Of a DNA stretch of 48,632 nt, positions 22,170-37,395 are shown in pieces (position 1 is the first letter of the stretch; every line of letters begins with the position of its first letter). Made by a program: the position numbers and the translations under genes. Source of the stretch: Catajapyx aquilonaris. Its lineage: Eukaryota. Where the stretch lies: assembly GCA_000934665.2 (NCBI GenBank), contig JYFJ02006024.1, forward strand, positions 1-48,632, given 5' to 3'. A model generated the notes under the pieces. It did not search any database, was not told the origin of the DNA, and saw only the letters and a program-made list of their open reading frames with translations.

Positions 22170-23329
22170 TTGGCCATCCGCCCTGTTGGGTTGGCCATCC
22201 GCTCCATCTGATTACTGACAATATCCTTGCAGCTAGGCAAACTAATATGCATTTATGTATGAAAGGTGGCTGCAACAAGTAACCTTTATCTAGTGAGGGG
22301 CCAGCCTTACTGTTTCCTCATAATACCCTGCAGCCTCCCACCAATGCAATGTAATTCCCAATATTGCACACGACTGTTTATCTACCGACGCTAATGTCAG
22401 CAGTTTAATAATTGACCCACCTACAGTCCCCAACATGCAAAACAAATGCCCCACCGGTCCACAAAAATATGCAACTTCCATCCCAAAAAATCTGTTCCTA
22501 TCTCTGACACGTGGCAATCGACGCTCGTCTTTTTAAGCGCATAAATCCACTAAAAAACTTGGTCTGTATCCAAATCCCTCCCCATTCACCCAACACAGCT
22601 AACCCCATCAGTCACAGACTAATATTTTCCCCTCTTTTTTATGCCCCACCCTACCTCCCCCAACATCAATATGCAAATGAGAGTTTGGCTTCCCGCCAAC
22701 ACGCTGTGTGTGTTTAGTGGAAAAGATGAAATATTATATCCCCCCCCCCTCCCCCACCCCCAGTTTTTTATTTCCCACTTGACCCACACTCGGTTAGAAG
22801 TAGAGGAACTCAGGGTTGTTAAAAAAAATTGAAATAATTAGAGGAAGCAGGAAAATCCCCTCAAACGCAGCCCATTGCTGCTTGTCACTAAACTGACAAC
22901 TGAACTGTGCCAATATTGACACATCGATTAATCTAGAACTGCTAATCCCAGCCTCTCTCCCACACAACCCTGTGCAGCCCCTTCATGCCGGGCGCGGCAC
23001 CCAAAAAAAATGCTCCCGGAAGTGGCATCGGCATAATTACAGCAGTGTCGCGAACAAATATTACAGAACGGTGTGCTTATAATGCGCGAGATAGCCTTTT
23101 TTTCTGATAGAGAGTACAGTATCTATAGTTGTTGTTTTCGCATTACCTGAACCGACCATGGCCACCTGAGTGAACCTTTTTCGTACTCATTATTATTTAC
23201 AATAAACATTCGCTCTACTTTGTTAACTTTCAGTAACTGTCAGTCATATGATCACCACTACCATCCACAGTGCACTTACTCTTACAGGGCATGTGGTAAG
23301 CTACCTTTCTTTACTTCATTGCATTAGCT

Positions 23330-23555
23330 TAAAACTTTTCAGTGACGGTAGGGTGTACCGCAAGCAAGGAACGGTTGAAGGATGGAAGTGCAGATGCAAA
23401 TTTCGACATCCAGGCAGATGGGTTGTGCAGCGGAAATTCCATCTGAGACGAATCCGGAGAGACATCACCTCCGTTCAAATGAGAAAAGAAAAGCCCGAGA
23501 TTGGGATCGAACCCGAGACCATTCCATGCATGCTCAACTTGGCTTCCCACCCCTG
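23330..23555 (-). mobile_element. Possible degenerate tRNA-derived SINE
   Basis: The minus-strand B-box GGTCTCGGGTTCGATCCC (~23503-23520) is followed by TTTTC tracts. The A-box is poorly preserved and the boundaries are uncertain. Confidence 0.3.
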
Positions 23556-25803
23556 ACATATTTTCATACGTGCTCGCAATAAACAATATCCGCCCTAAAA
23601 ACGCTTTGCTATACAGTACATTCCCTATACAGTACAGCCCAGCCTTCCATACCCTGTAACGGCCGGTTTATTATTCTGATTTGCATCCAGCGCCATATCT
23701 GTTTATCTGCATTAATACCATATATGCTACCTGCGGTATTGATAATGCTAGTAACAATAACCAATCGACTTCTTTTTATGACTTTTTTCCGTGCACCGTA
23801 AAATACAGTTACGCACCGAGCGCAAATAAATAACTCAATTGAGTGCGTGCGGGGGCATGAATTTTTAACTGCCATAAAATCCAATTTAATTTTCGACCGT
23901 CACAGTTCATAACATCACAGCCATCCCCAGCACACAACCAAACAAGTACTAAAATAAAACCCAGCCCCAGGCCTCCAATTGAACACGTTCTCTCCACCTC
24001 CCCCCCCCCCACCCCCCATTTGTAAAATCAAGGTAACTCGAGCCATCCACAGAAAAGAAGCTAATTAGAGTGCACAATTATAGCAGAAGTAATCCTCTCT
24101 CTCTTTGCCATTCTAATTCTCAACCAGTGTTAGGTCCGTTTCCCCCTCTTTCCTAAGTCTCAGTTGACGTGGTCTGACGTCAAATGGGGAGCCATTGGAC
24201 CACCTTTTCCCTTCTGTCAGCAGGTAGAGCTGGTCACCATTCACGACAAGCCCAGAAATCTATACCTAAGTCCCACACGTTCTCGCTCCCTTTTACACCC
24301 ACTTTGGGATTTCACTCCAAATGCAGAAGCATCGCTACGGAATTTTTTTCTTCTTCTTTACATGAATTTCGAGAATAAACGCATGAGTTCACGCGAGTGT
24401 GATAATGCATTCTTTTCTAAGGAGTGCAAACCTCCGCAATGAGGTTTTGTCCTTAATCAGAAGCAATATTTACTATCTGTCATTGGCTGACAGCCTGGTC
24501 CTTATCAACTTGCCTTCTTACCAGACTAGTACAGGGTATTGCGCAAGTTGAAGGCTGATCAACACGGCAGGTTTGTCCGCATAAGTGGGCAATTACTTCT
24601 TAGGCGTAAGGTATACTACGGTCAACACTTATGCCGGAAGATGAGTTTTTAAAATCAACACGGTCGTGCACCGTATGTTCCAATTGATCGGCAATTTTTG
24701 GGCACTAAGCCGCTTAATGTTGAGAAATTACTCTTCAATATTATCAATAACACGAATTGCTAATATGAATATAATGAAAACCACCCTTCAGGCCCTGAAT
24801 TTCAATGGATTACCCAAATTGATACAATGAGGTTGACCCATTCGCACCTGAAGTCAACTGCTTAAACATTTTTGCAAGATACACAAAGCTATGCAAGCTA
24901 CACCCTCATGTGTTAGTTAAAAGGATGCAGCTAATAAACCTAATAGTGGCAGGTAATATTTTCTAATTCCTAAAAGCAATTGTTGAAAAATATGCAGATT
25001 AGCGCAAAAAAATATATTCCATAATCACTAGGCACTTCGATAAGACCACACACACTACATTATACATGTAGTCTACTGCACTACTTTGGTCTAAAACTCT
25101 AAATTGTCCAGCATTCATGTCGAACGTATGGACAGAATCTACTATAAAATGACTGAACTTCGTATATTTCATGCTGGCTATATGACTTATTTTACAGTAC
25201 AACGCATTGCTACACAACTAGAAGAAAATACTCGAGTTTCGTGTCCCGGCTGCATTACGTGCTTCCAAGCTTCTACGTAACGCAATCATGCATAAATAAA
25301 ATAATATTCTACATGAAAAATCATTTTTTAAACGCACACGAGTTTGTGGATTCTTCTCTTGCGTGATTTTTACTGCGCAATTGCTGCTGAATATGTAAAG
25401 GATAGTAACGCTCACAAAACCCAAGCTATACCCAATGTGGTGTATATACCGGGCCTGACTGAATTGGGAGCCAGTAGATCATTGGCGCCATAGGCATTAA
25501 TGATTCAGAGGAGTTCGGAGTTGCCATTTAGACCTTCATGCAAACAGTATTAATAGGCCTGTCGGAAGTGACTTGCAACAAGTAGGTCACCACCAAACAG
25601 ACTTCAAATCCGACTGAATAGAGCACGAAGTAAGATGGAGGAGCAAAGTACTGTACAAAGTTTATTAAATATTGTAAACAGGTTCTTCAACTGAACTACT
25701 ATACAAGCAGTAAGATACTGTTGATATATATCCATGACCATATAGGAAAGACGATATTTCGATCTAGCTATATTCTATATTATAATATAAGTAGCCCTAC
25801 TCT

Positions 25804-25826
25804 TCTCTCTCTCTCTCTCTCTCTCT
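25804..25826. repeat. (CT)n microsatellite
   Basis: Directly visible. Confidence 0.9.
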
Positions 25827-27323
25827 CCTGACATCGTACGGAATCGCAAACTCGAACAAAAGCTGTTTCTTGCTTCCCAATAAATACAGGAAAAGATTTC
25901 TAATGCCGCAACTTCCCTGCCGGAAACTCGCAAAAAAATTAAATTATCAGGAATATGATCTCGATTTAATCTGATTACTAGAATCGTAAATTGATACGCG
26001 TAGGCTAAGCTTTCACCGTACAGTACGTAAATACAATAGCTACATAGTCAGGAGGGATGAATCTAGTAAGTTACAGGAAGAAACCAAGAGCTTTTGATAA
26101 CTGTGCTGTACTTCATTACTAATAAAAGGAAGACGAAAGGTTCCTTTCGAATCCGTAATAAATATTACTACCAAGTATATACAGTATTTGATGATTTCGG
26201 CGACATTAAGGCGATATTTTTTGTTTTGTTTCGTCGCCTACAAAAATAATAAGGAATATCCAGGTTGCGTATTTACAAAATCTCAACTGTACAAAATAGG
26301 AGTAAAATCTAGCCCTCCAACTATTGACTTATTCCCGTGAAGGAGATGTGGGTGGAGAAAGAGGAAATCATATGAAAGGTAAGGCTGGCTACAGAAATAA
26401 GCCTCGCATTTCAAGATAAAAATAAGCGGAACTCGATGCACTTGGCCTCAAAATGTTAGAAACACATTTCAAGAAATTGATGGACGGAAGGAAGAAGCTG
26501 ATATGTTTAAGACCCCACCAAAGTCAAAAATTTTGTTACATTATCACGCCGAGAAGTGAAGCAATTCTGGAACTATGCTGAGAGGAGTTCATTATAGAGT
26601 TCGGTTTAATGTAAATTCTAGGAAATAAAATCCTACTACTGCCTGATTTAACACCTCATTCGAGTCTCGTTTCTGCTACCGATTAATATTTCACAACTAT
26701 GGGAATGGTAGTTGACCCTTACATACTGTATCACGTTCAAGTACGCCATACAATAATACCCTTCTCTGCATTTCGTTAGACTGTGTTTGGCAAAGGTAGA
26801 TAATATAAACAGAACTGCGTGCCAAAAATGTTATTCCGCCACAATGCATGTTATGCTTTCAGGAAATAAAAGGAAACAAGAAACGGATTAACTGAACACT
26901 TACAGGATGCCCAAAAATTCAGCTAACCTAGACAGTAGCCTATATCATGCATTAATGCATTTAATGGTGCTTTTTGACACTTACACTGCCAATCGTATAT
27001 ACACACAGTAAAGTTCATAATCCAACAATGGGGAAGGTGGAGAAGTTATGGTTTGTTCAGTCCAGCAACCCGTTTCAAGAGAGGCGACTCCTCGAGAAAA
27101 TGGGGCAATTTACACGGCCCGGATATAATGCTGACATGTTAAAAATTGGCTACTAATCAAGATTGGTTGGTATTTCGAATTCAGAATGGTCTTTGGATTA
27201 AGATGTCATTCATGTATAGGTCAGGGGTATGTACAGTTTTACGGAAATAATTTTTGTGCTATTCACATGTGAACCAGGGTTAGAACTTGGGGAAGTAGAG
27301 GAACTTGAGGAGAATAAAGGGAC

Positions 27324-27544
27324 ACAGATCCCATCAACGGCCTTACCTGAATGCTACCCGCTCCGGACAACCCACCGTGATAATTGAAGGCGATACGAGG
27401 CTTAGCTATATAACTTCCTAGGTACCTTATGTCAAATTCATGGCATATGACAACCCTGCGCCTTACCGAACCTATTATCTCTCAATTATTACGGTGGCTG
27501 TCCGGAGTGGGTGGCAGTCAGATAAGGTGGTGAGTGGGATCTGT
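27324..27544. mobile_element. Old diverged palindromic MITE
   Basis: ACAGATCCCA..CCTTACCTGAATGCTACCCGCTCCGGACA..CCACCGTGATAATTGA pairs imperfectly with TCAATTATTACGGTGGCTGTCCGGAGTGGGTGGCAGTCAGATAAGG..TGGGATCTGT. No clear TSD. Confidence 0.7.
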
Positions 27545-29465
27545 CTTGTGCCAGAGCACGGCAGTAAATAGGAACTTCGGTTTGAAATGCCCGTTTTATT
27601 GGTCAGTTATTTTCGGATTATCCAGACTCGCAAGAAGAAAAAAAAACTATTACAAGTAAGTAAGCCCGGCAAAAAGTTTAGAATTTTAGTGGATCCTTCT
27701 TGTTTCTCTCCTCATCCGTTTTCAGGCCATCACGTCTTATAAGAGCATTTTATATTTTCATCTTTCATATAAGTCAAGCAAGAATAACTATGTATTTATG
27801 AATATTAATCATATAATGCGTGTATGCATAATGAAGTGCATTAACTGACATTTTACGCCGAATGTAATATTAAAACCCATTCCTATTACATCCAACCCAT
27901 TTCCCTATATTAATCCCGCATGTTGAGTATAAATATGTAGTTTACAACGGAAGGCACTTTTATTTTCATTTATAATGATTATTTGTGCGGGGTCGTAAAG
28001 TTCAGCTCGAGCAGAAAATACTAACCTGGGCTGTCGTAACTCCTCCTTGCATCCTATGTACATCACCGACCCTATATTACATGTCAATTTTTCCACATGA
28101 ACACGACATATACACATTCCTGTCCATTAACCTCACGCCAACGCTGGCGAAGGCATAAGACTTTACAGCTATCATAAAGTATATCATGGCAGGATGTAAA
28201 AGAGGGTACCCATTGATGTCGGGGAAACACGTTCACATGGTAATCACTCATTATTGAAGTGCACTGCCAGCTTCATGCTCCGTTTTGTATATAATTACTT
28301 ACAATGGCGTGCAGCTGGAAAAGTGAATGAGCGTGAACATGTTTGTTTTACTCGCAACTGGCTAGGCCTTTTCCAATGCCCTCTTACAGTAGATGTAATC
28401 AGGTGGATTATTGATCCCATTTAATATTCATGCAACTTAATTGACCATTTGAGTGCCCAGTACTACAGTATTGACACGAGTGGCTATTTTGTCGGTGTCA
28501 TGGTCGTATCTTCTCTCCACCTCCCTAAAGGACCTAAGGAGTCAATTATATACGTTGAGTAATTACCGTATATTTGGCTGAATTCAAGCTACCGTTTGTA
28601 CAAGTATGTTGCAAAATCCCTCACTCATTTCATTTTATATGGAAGTCACGCATGACCCATATGCTATGCCACGTTTGTTTCACCGCACACTGCACTGGTG
28701 TCATTACCTACATGCAAAAATACCATAAGATTATACTCTGAATGGAGCACTACAGATTGCCTAAAATAATACACACATCAACAGTGAGAAGGAGAAAGAT
28801 GTAAGCAAAATTGGTTTGGTTAAACGGTAGCCCCAAGAGTCATTTTCTCACTGTACAGCACTGCACTGTGATGGCTTATGATACTTTCGTTCATTACTCT
28901 ATAGCGTGCTAGAGGATTGCGAGTCGATCGGGGACATGTCAAATTAAAATGTAATTTTAAAAATCCGACTTTATTACGCAGCAATTTCTTGCCAGCAGTA
29001 ACGATAATACACAAGTCAGTGACACTTCCGAATCAACCAGCTCTTTGTTTCAAGCTGTGGTCTTATACAAGACCGGCCCGGAAGACTTTCAACTCCATCT
29101 GGTTTTCTCCAGATCCGAAGTGCAGCGTGCTATCCACCTGCACAATTGCTCGTGTAATGAACAAGCCCACTCTTGGAGACCTACGTGAAGTGTGTTGCGC
29201 AAAATTATGACACCCTATATGGGCCCACACAGGTGTTCCGAAAGTGAATGAGTTGCTTCAGTGTGTCCAACACCTCTTCCTTTCTTGATTAGTTTCATCA
29301 AAATTAAATGGACCACAGAGGGTAATCCCATGTAGATGTGCAGGTATACACTAGCTTAAAACACGTGTATTTTTTATTTCTGAAATTATTTTCTCAAACA
29401 AGCAATATTACGTGGCCTTTTAATTAGAACGGTAGGCAGTTTGAAATTTTGAATGATAAAACCGC

Positions 29466-29535
29466 ACACAGGTGGTCCAGTCGTTACGCCACGGGCCAAC
29501 AAAGCGAGAGGTCCGAGGTTCAAATCCCATCACCT
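29466..29535 (+). mobile_element. Degenerate tRNA-like head (SINE 5' end or tRNA pseudogene)
   Basis: A-box-like TGGTCCAGTCGTTA and B-box GGTTCAAATCC at tRNA spacing. The acceptor stem does not pair. Confidence 0.55.
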
Positions 29536-32500
29536 TCTCTTAAGCGACTTAGCCGAATATTTCTTTTCGTTTTTATACAGACGTGTCCGGTTAGACCTCC
29601 ATGTTCTTCCCAGGGCCAAGAGAAAGGTATGGCATTGCAGATGATACGAAATAACTCGAAACCTACCCAGAAGTGCCCCTCCCTTGGAACCTTGCCCCTC
29701 CCATAATACCAGCTTATGTCAGTAGCCTACACAATGTCAGGAATATAATAAATAGGATTGTGCTACACCTGAAACGGTCAAAGAACTGCCATCATATTAT
29801 TGAAATATCAGCACCCTGCTCTTCGTAGTCTACTATTTCCTGAACCTAAAAGCACAAAATAATTACTCAGTTACATGCATTAGTTGATGCTAATATTTAT
29901 AATGTGCATATATTCAAATTTAATTAATTTGACATATTTAATTAGTTATTTTTACGCATTGGGTCGGAAAGATAGGCCTATATGTGGCGCAAAATAAATT
30001 ATTTGACAAACACATTGTTTTCAAAAAGCGGCTATTTTTTCCTTATGCAAAACGTGAACCGCGTTTTGCAGAAAAAATATAGTTTTTTTTTTTTTCAAAA
30101 ACAAGCAAGGTAAATGAACGCGCATGTTTTTAAAGCTAAATCCCAGGGGACACGCAACCAAATAATTCCTTTTTGACTTGGTTGGCATGGGATCACAAGT
30201 TCGTTTTTATGATATTCAACATACGCGTATACAGTGACGCATGATTATTGCTTGTGCAACCAGTAATGAACTTCAAGCGTTATCGTACTTACTGAGAGCA
30301 GTTCAAAATGTCGCAAATGCAAGAGTTGCGCATACTCCATCGAATGCACAATGCAAACACGAATAAATCACGGTTCCGTTATCATGAAATAAAATAACAG
30401 CAGCATTACAGCGTAAGCTATAAAGCAGAGTTACATTTCAATATTTGCCAATGCATAACAAAAACATTTATTAATTCCATGTTACCTCATTATGACCATT
30501 CGGCGCCTTATTCTGCAGCGCGATGAGAATAATTCTCACTGATGAGTTTGACCCTAGATTTTTCCCCTCAATAACACTGATGTAGCGGGGCTGAGCAGGG
30601 CCTAGCTTCTCTTGTATTATATAGAGATGCCCCTATATGTTAGCGCTATGCTGCTTCGTTTTTAAACACTTATGTGCATAATTATGTGAACGCAAGGCAA
30701 GCTTTTCAGATATTCTGGACCTCCATTGAATGGGAAATGTTGAAACTAGACATAGTTCTCACCGCGATGTATCATACGGCCCCTTGACCATTGTATACTT
30801 CCCGTGTGGCAGTAGAATATCAGAAGCAGCTCTACTGATACCCGGTGCAATTGTGCGTCCTCGATATTCTTCGACGTTTCTCCATACGCTGTCGACTAGG
30901 TCAAACGAGTCATGTAATATAAATGGACAGCTGCAATTTCATGACAAGTCCGGCTTCTCCTGTCTCTCAAAAAACTTCACATGACTGATCGATAGTTCAG
31001 CACAGTGATGTAACCTCACTAAAAGTCAAAAACCCTGAAGGTGCATGCCCACAGTCAGACTGTTCTAAAAGCAGGTGGAAGTGGCTCATTTGTTTATGAC
31101 CCGTAGTTTTCTTTATACCCAAATGTTTATTTAAAACCGGGCGCACAGGGAAAAGGGCAGAGCATGTGTTCAAGACATTTGCAGTCTGACGTCCTCCAAC
31201 CATGTAAATGCACCAGTTTCACACCTACGCTCGGCCAGTCCTTTTTTGCCGCGTCCAAAACCCAACTGACCACAACACGTTTTTTTTTCTTCTTTTTCGT
31301 CCACTAGGTTGGTACAACGTTATGTTAGAAGGAAAGAAACTCGTTTTGTGAGTCCCTTCCAGCGTCTTCTCTTTTTTTCTTCTTCTTCTTTCCCTCCTGT
31401 GGTTCAAGGACAGCCTTTACCCCACCCCTACTCTATCCCTCCACATCTATCCAGCTTTTTAATCTGGCCATTACAAGGGTGTTTCCTTTAAGTCCTGCCC
31501 TTTTCATCGCTCTACTACTCACATCACAGCTTTTATGCCTCTCCTACAACGTGCTTTCAGGGGAGAAAATTCATGTGGAGTTCCTCAGCCTAGCATGTGG
31601 TGGACAAACATTATTTTCGACCTAACCCGCCCCGAAGATATGTTCCAATTCGTACCACTTACTGTTCCACGTGTGAAGATTGTGAATCCAAATAACAGGT
31701 GTGATACGCACACTAGAAAAGAAAACAAAGCGTTGAATTGGTGCGTGGCTCCGGCTGATTGACTGCTCGTGTCGAATAGATATGGGCATTTTCAAATATT
31801 GTGCACAGCTATACGGTGGAAACCTTTCCATTACCTGATCTTTACAATGGTGGAAATGCCCCAAGGGGCAGCAATGGCCTTGATGCTCATAAATTATCAA
31901 ATAAAAGTTTGCTATAATACCTTGCAAGTTTTCACCCTGCTAATACCCTCTTGTTTCATTACATCACAGATAAATGCCAAACTATTTTAAATATTCAAGG
32001 CCACCCGTCCTGTCTTCCCTAGCTGAAAGTAGCCAGTAGGTATACAGTTGTACCACTTGAAACCATGTCGCAATCCAAGTCTTGTTACGTTTCTCCATGA
32101 ACACCTCGTTTATTCCGGTGCCTCCAGCCAGCAAGGTGAAGCAACAGTTCCTTAAAATGTGGTCCCTCTCGCCCTCTCTCTCTTCAAGTACGCTAATACG
32201 CACTTGGCAGGCAAGTCTTCGGTCAGGTGCTATACCACTACCGTAGGCGTGATGGGGGGGGGGGGGGGGGTACNGGGGGGTGTACACATGCAGCCGGTAT
32301 TGGGTCAATTAATTGCAAGACCAGCCCTTAGAGCGGTGCCATATAGATCCACTGAGCAGAGTGTTGCCAAGTGTCTCCCAACGTAGCCAAAAAAGCCACA
32401 GCTGGCAACACTGCCTCTTCACACCTGACCTCACCTCATCCATCACGTTTCCAGGCATTGCCAGAAAAATAGGTACAGTTTGGGGCCTTGTTAACCATTG

Positions 32501-33028
32501 CTCGAGTGTTTCTAGCGCCGCGTGTGAAGTTCACAAACTGCTTGCCACAGGAATCATTAACCTGATATGAATATCGGCAATAGTCGAACCACAAACAAGA
32601 GCTTCCCTGCTCTGCTTTGATTTGCGCACAGGCGACTCGTGCAATAAATGTCTCATTTCAACAATACATATAGGGCTACGGTACCTTTAAATGCGCTTTC
32701 CCACGCAGCACGAAGCACTGTTTAAGACATGTCATGAACAGCCAACCTAACTTATATAGAATTTGCTAACAAGAGACACACTAAAGTTTTCCGAATAAGC
32801 TTTCTAAAAAATTACGGAGCAGTTTGAACAACTCGGCTTTCACGCCTTGAAACTTCTCGGATATTTTTTGCTCGCAGCATATATTCAGATAACTCGTGAA
32901 AAGACCCTTGCTGAAACACCCTGTAGAGAGCTGAACTTCCTACAGTGCTAGACTCAAACCTCTGCAAGTCCAAGTTTTCCACAACTATATAACAACTTCA
33001 GGAGATTATTATTATTACCGGTATTATT

Positions 33029-33029
<1 letters not shown>

Positions 33030-33067
<38 letters not shown>

Positions 33068-33068
33068 G
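33030..33068. repeat. (GTT)n microsatellite preceded by (ATT)n
   Basis: Directly visible. Confidence 0.95.
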
Positions 33069-36000
33069 AAATGAAAAATCGCCGAACGCAGTTCTGCCAG
33101 TGCAGTGCCTCAATTAAAGAAATTCAACTATACAATCCAAGGGAACAGTTTATCGGCCAAAACCACATCGCCCGAGCCTCACAGCAAATGCGAGTCCGTC
33201 CGTCCGTCCGTCCACACCCCTCCCCCCCCGGGAGGAGGGGGGAGGGGTTTAAATCCCCAGTCACTAAGAACTAAACACGCTTAATTGATTCGTTTCTTTG
33301 GCTCATTTCCGGCGGTTCGCGTGTCCTGTTCGAGATACCATCTAACACTACCAGCGTGCGACGAAACCAAGTGATTTTCATATTCAATCAAGCGGTGGTG
33401 TTTTCGTGGTCTTGGTCGAGCGCAATGTTTTATTCGGCTGGGGCGAACAACTTGCCCTGGACGACATCGATCCGGCTTAAAGCAACCTGCGCCGACACAA
33501 TTAAAACCTTTAACAAGGCCGAAGAGATGAAAAGAAAAGAAAAACTGTTGCCGGATCATTAAGAAGTTTGGAAACATTTTATAAAGGCCACCTTCCAGTC
33601 TGATTTTACAAGTCTGTTACCTCAAAATTGTCCCGGAAACTTTGCCTTCTACTTCATTAGGCACAAAAATGAAAAATAAATTTAATAACCTGGGCAAGTC
33701 CGACTTCTAAGCCGGGTAAACAAGTAATTATTTCCCCTCTCTCCCGCCCCCTTGCTAATGTGGCAAAACGCAGAAGCCCTTTTTTTTCTCCCCAAAAACG
33801 GTGCTTGCACGTGGAATATGTCCCACATACAGTATCGACCACCTGTTCCAGTCCACAAATGTCGTGCAGGGCGGAGTGAGCCAGGAAATGGGTTTAAAAA
33901 AATCCGCTAATTGTATTAAATGTGAAACTCATGTCCACTCACGCGCAAATTAATCGCCAGAGCCAATTTAACACGAAAGTGGCCGTGCGTGAAAGGTCCA
34001 CAACTGTACAGTGACGTTTCCACCACGAGGTGGTCGTTATCAGATTTCTTCTCGTATATATACCCACCTTTCTAAGTCAAGTTAGAATATCTGACGTGTC
34101 AAACTGGCGAGGAGTCAGTTCGATAATTCAATTGGGGATATAATACTGTACAGTACCAGCCAGTCAACACTCCTGGATATCTGGGAGGCGCAATTTCCTT
34201 TATGGTGTTCATCCACTTCGTTACTTACACGAACAAGCGACTCGCCACAAATTGTCTTGTCTATAGCCAACACCACGGATGAAATGAATCCGGCAGCCTT
34301 TGGTCGTCCAAAATGACAACCTCATCAACAACAATCAACCTACTCTTATATCCTAATAATTTTTGTGACATTTTACCAACAACAATAGAAATATACAATA
34401 AAAATAGAAATATATAGTGATTGGACGCTGCCTGGCAGCCAGCTCAAAACATCCGACTTTGAAAGCTAAGGTACGGAACCACGAGGTGCCGTATCGGATT
34501 TCTTCAACACACTACTTCCTCTTCGGCTATTTTTTTTTCTCCCTTTCATGCCACCGAATGAGTTCCTTTTTGCATGCGTGTAAGTGCGAGTGTGTGTGTA
34601 CGAGTGTGTGTGTGTGTGAAAGAGGTGGGGGGATGGCGGCCGTCAAAAATAGCCGCCTCCAAAATAATCTGGCGGATGTCCAAGGGACAGTGGCATGGCG
34701 TGACGTGGATTTCGCTCGAAGATTCGGCTCACTGTCTCCCTTACCCACACCCCCTTTACCATGCATTCCATCTCACATTTTGGCCCTCATTGCCAATTTT
34801 TCTGGCTCCCTCAACTACTCGCAGGAGGCCAATGAGGGAGGGCGGGAGGGGACAAAAATCTATGCCGTTTATTCATCGGGATTAGCTCCCAATTGGGAGC
34901 ATATCGAAAAGCGGACACTTAGCTTGCAACTCACGTATCTGGATCCCCCTCCACAACCCCCTACCTCTTACTAACCTATTCCAGCTCCAACTCTACTTCC
35001 CCAACTCACTTCAGATAAGAGCGAAAGGAATGAAGTTATTTCTCCCCCACCCCCCACCTCACTCCCCATCTCCTGCGGGGGTTTTTTTTAAACATCCCGA
35101 AACATAGTCCTCAAACGTGACGTAAGCGCGTTTCATCATTCATACTTTTTAGAGGTATGGGTTAGTAGGTTACTGGGTCCGTGGCTAGTTTTGCAGTTTT
35201 TAAAAATCGGGTTACTTGCTTTTCATGATTTATTTTTCCCATATCCAGTATGGAATTCTGATTTGGAACATCTGGGAATGCACCCACACTGGCAGGACAA
35301 ACAGCTGCTGACTTGTAACAATGAATTTCATATTTCAGAACATTTAAACAGCGTTTCTAATATTATCTGCAACAAATTCGCCTTCTTACGGCTGGGGAAT
35401 TGGGAAATAAAGGAACAAAAAAGATACATTGTTAGTCTAGCATACTGCGAATTGGACAACGGTTTTTCGAGACTAATACATTTTCCCAATTCGGTTTTGT
35501 TTGCCAGTCGAGTTCAATGTAAAGAATTTGACAAAAAGAGAGTGGAGACAATTCACCCGTTACATCCACACAATTAAATGTCAGTGCAGCATATTTCCAG
35601 ATAAGCGTTGCAAAATCCTGAGGAATTTCCTGCTGATGTAGGCGGAACGTCACCAGTCAAGCAGTGTAAGAAACACACGTGCAGTTCAGCTTCTCGCCAC
35701 TGACAGCTGGGCCTTTTAAACTGTTGCATCACTTACGGTATGATTTCAGTTAAATATAGTGTAACTCAGTCACTCACTACTCCTTTACAGAGAAATGCCA
35801 TGATGATGATGGTAGTGGCGGCGGCGGCGGTGATGCTGATGACGAAAATGAGTCATTCATAATAATATTTTCCTAATCTTGGTATGTCCATACACTGTAC
35901 AGTACAGTACTAAAAGCAGTTGTGTATCTTGAAGTGCTTCTTTCAGTATGCTGAATACTTCAGAAAATAACAACTTAAATCGTCATCCCCATAATGATTC

Positions 36001-37144
36001 TTTGCCATACAAACATCTGATGTTGCCGAATCTGTTGTATACCATATACTTTGTATGCCCACCTAAGTACGTTACGCGAAATACCATAATAACGGCGAGT
36101 CTCCTGCTGATTTCGATTTTTGAGACTATAGACTTGTCCATATTTTACTCTCGAGTATATTTTTTATCCACTACAGTATTTCATCAGCATTTCATATAGG
36201 CACTTGCAATGACGCACAACTTGACAACGACGGCCTCTACTGCAAAATAAATAAGTGACTGTCTCGTTGCAGCACAAGCAAAGCAAAACGGTTGGCAAAC
36301 AACAGCAAAATTGAGTTATCAACGCTAACTAAATTTCCGAATATTGATTATGCATGAACTTTTATAAACGGGATAGTTGTGTCGTTGTGCCTCAATGTGC
36401 TAAATATTCTACGTTGTGCTCTGCGCACTACTTGTTTACTGAATTTTAGCAATTTGGCAATCTTGTTACACCTGAACAGAGTGGTACAACAATGAAGGGA
36501 CAATATTTCGAGAAATTCAGTTTATTTTTCTTATTTCTAGTAAACAGAAACTATTATGGTCTATTTGCAGAAATCGAAACAGTAATTGCAATATATTACG
36601 ACGTCTATTTTCCCGACACAGTATCGGCCGTACTATGCGTCTAAATGGAGGCTTGAGGCAAGCATATCAGTAGTAATTTTATTGGATGCTTGGCCATATA
36701 ATATAGGAACACTTCTGTGGACGTTTTTATAGCTATCGTGTCGGAAAAACCAGGGTTAAACGCCCTGTGTAGAGTGAGGCCAAACGAGGTGCTTCACATT
36801 ACAAAACATGGCATTCGAAAATTCGACTTGTCCAACCTTCCTCCATAAGGGGCTCTAAGGGTCGGTTATACGAATGAAAAATTTAAAAACAATTTTTTAT
36901 TGAGTCACAATTCATAATCCGACATAATCGGAATTTCCCCAATATGCCTTCATACAACCGGCCTGGTTTTCAACCTTTTTAGGCTGCTAAAATCGTCAAC
37001 GGGCATCGGCAATGACCCCATTAGATGGCCAAATATCGATTTACTACGGAAATGTGTGACCCAAGCTGCATTTTGACACAAACGCCCGGCCGACACGGGA
37101 TATACAAAATAAAAAACAAAAACAAAAAAATCGTTCTCCCTACT

Positions 37145-37395
37145 TGAAGGGTAGACAATGCAAAGGTCGTAAGTGCCAAAATCCTGATTTTGAATTATGC
37201 ACGTTTCTTTCTCCTCAACAAAACAAAACAAAATAGGCAACCTCCCCATTTACTGGCCAAATGCAGAACCTTACTGATTTTTCTGGCACTTGGGACTTCT
37301 ACCCAACATTGGCGATGACACATAGGATACCTTGACACTCATAACTCAAATCCGGATTTTTTTGCACTTAGGACCTTTGCATTGTCCACCCTTCA
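37145..37395. mobile_element. MITE with ~55-bp TIRs (possibly PIF/Harbinger-like)
   Basis: TGAAGGGTAGACAATGCAAAGGTCGTAAGTGCCAAAATCCTGATTTTGAATTATG matches the reverse complement of 37340-37395. The superfamily assignment is tentative. Confidence 0.8.

Noticed and set aside
32780..32925. Solo Tc1-like right end GAAACACCCTG|TA
   Set aside because: No matching left TIR was found nearby, so boundaries cannot be defined.
34417..34974. Longest ORF in the track (185 aa)
   Set aside because: It has a GTG start, includes (GT)n and homopolymer tracts, and shows no recognisable domain. It looks like regulatory non-coding DNA.
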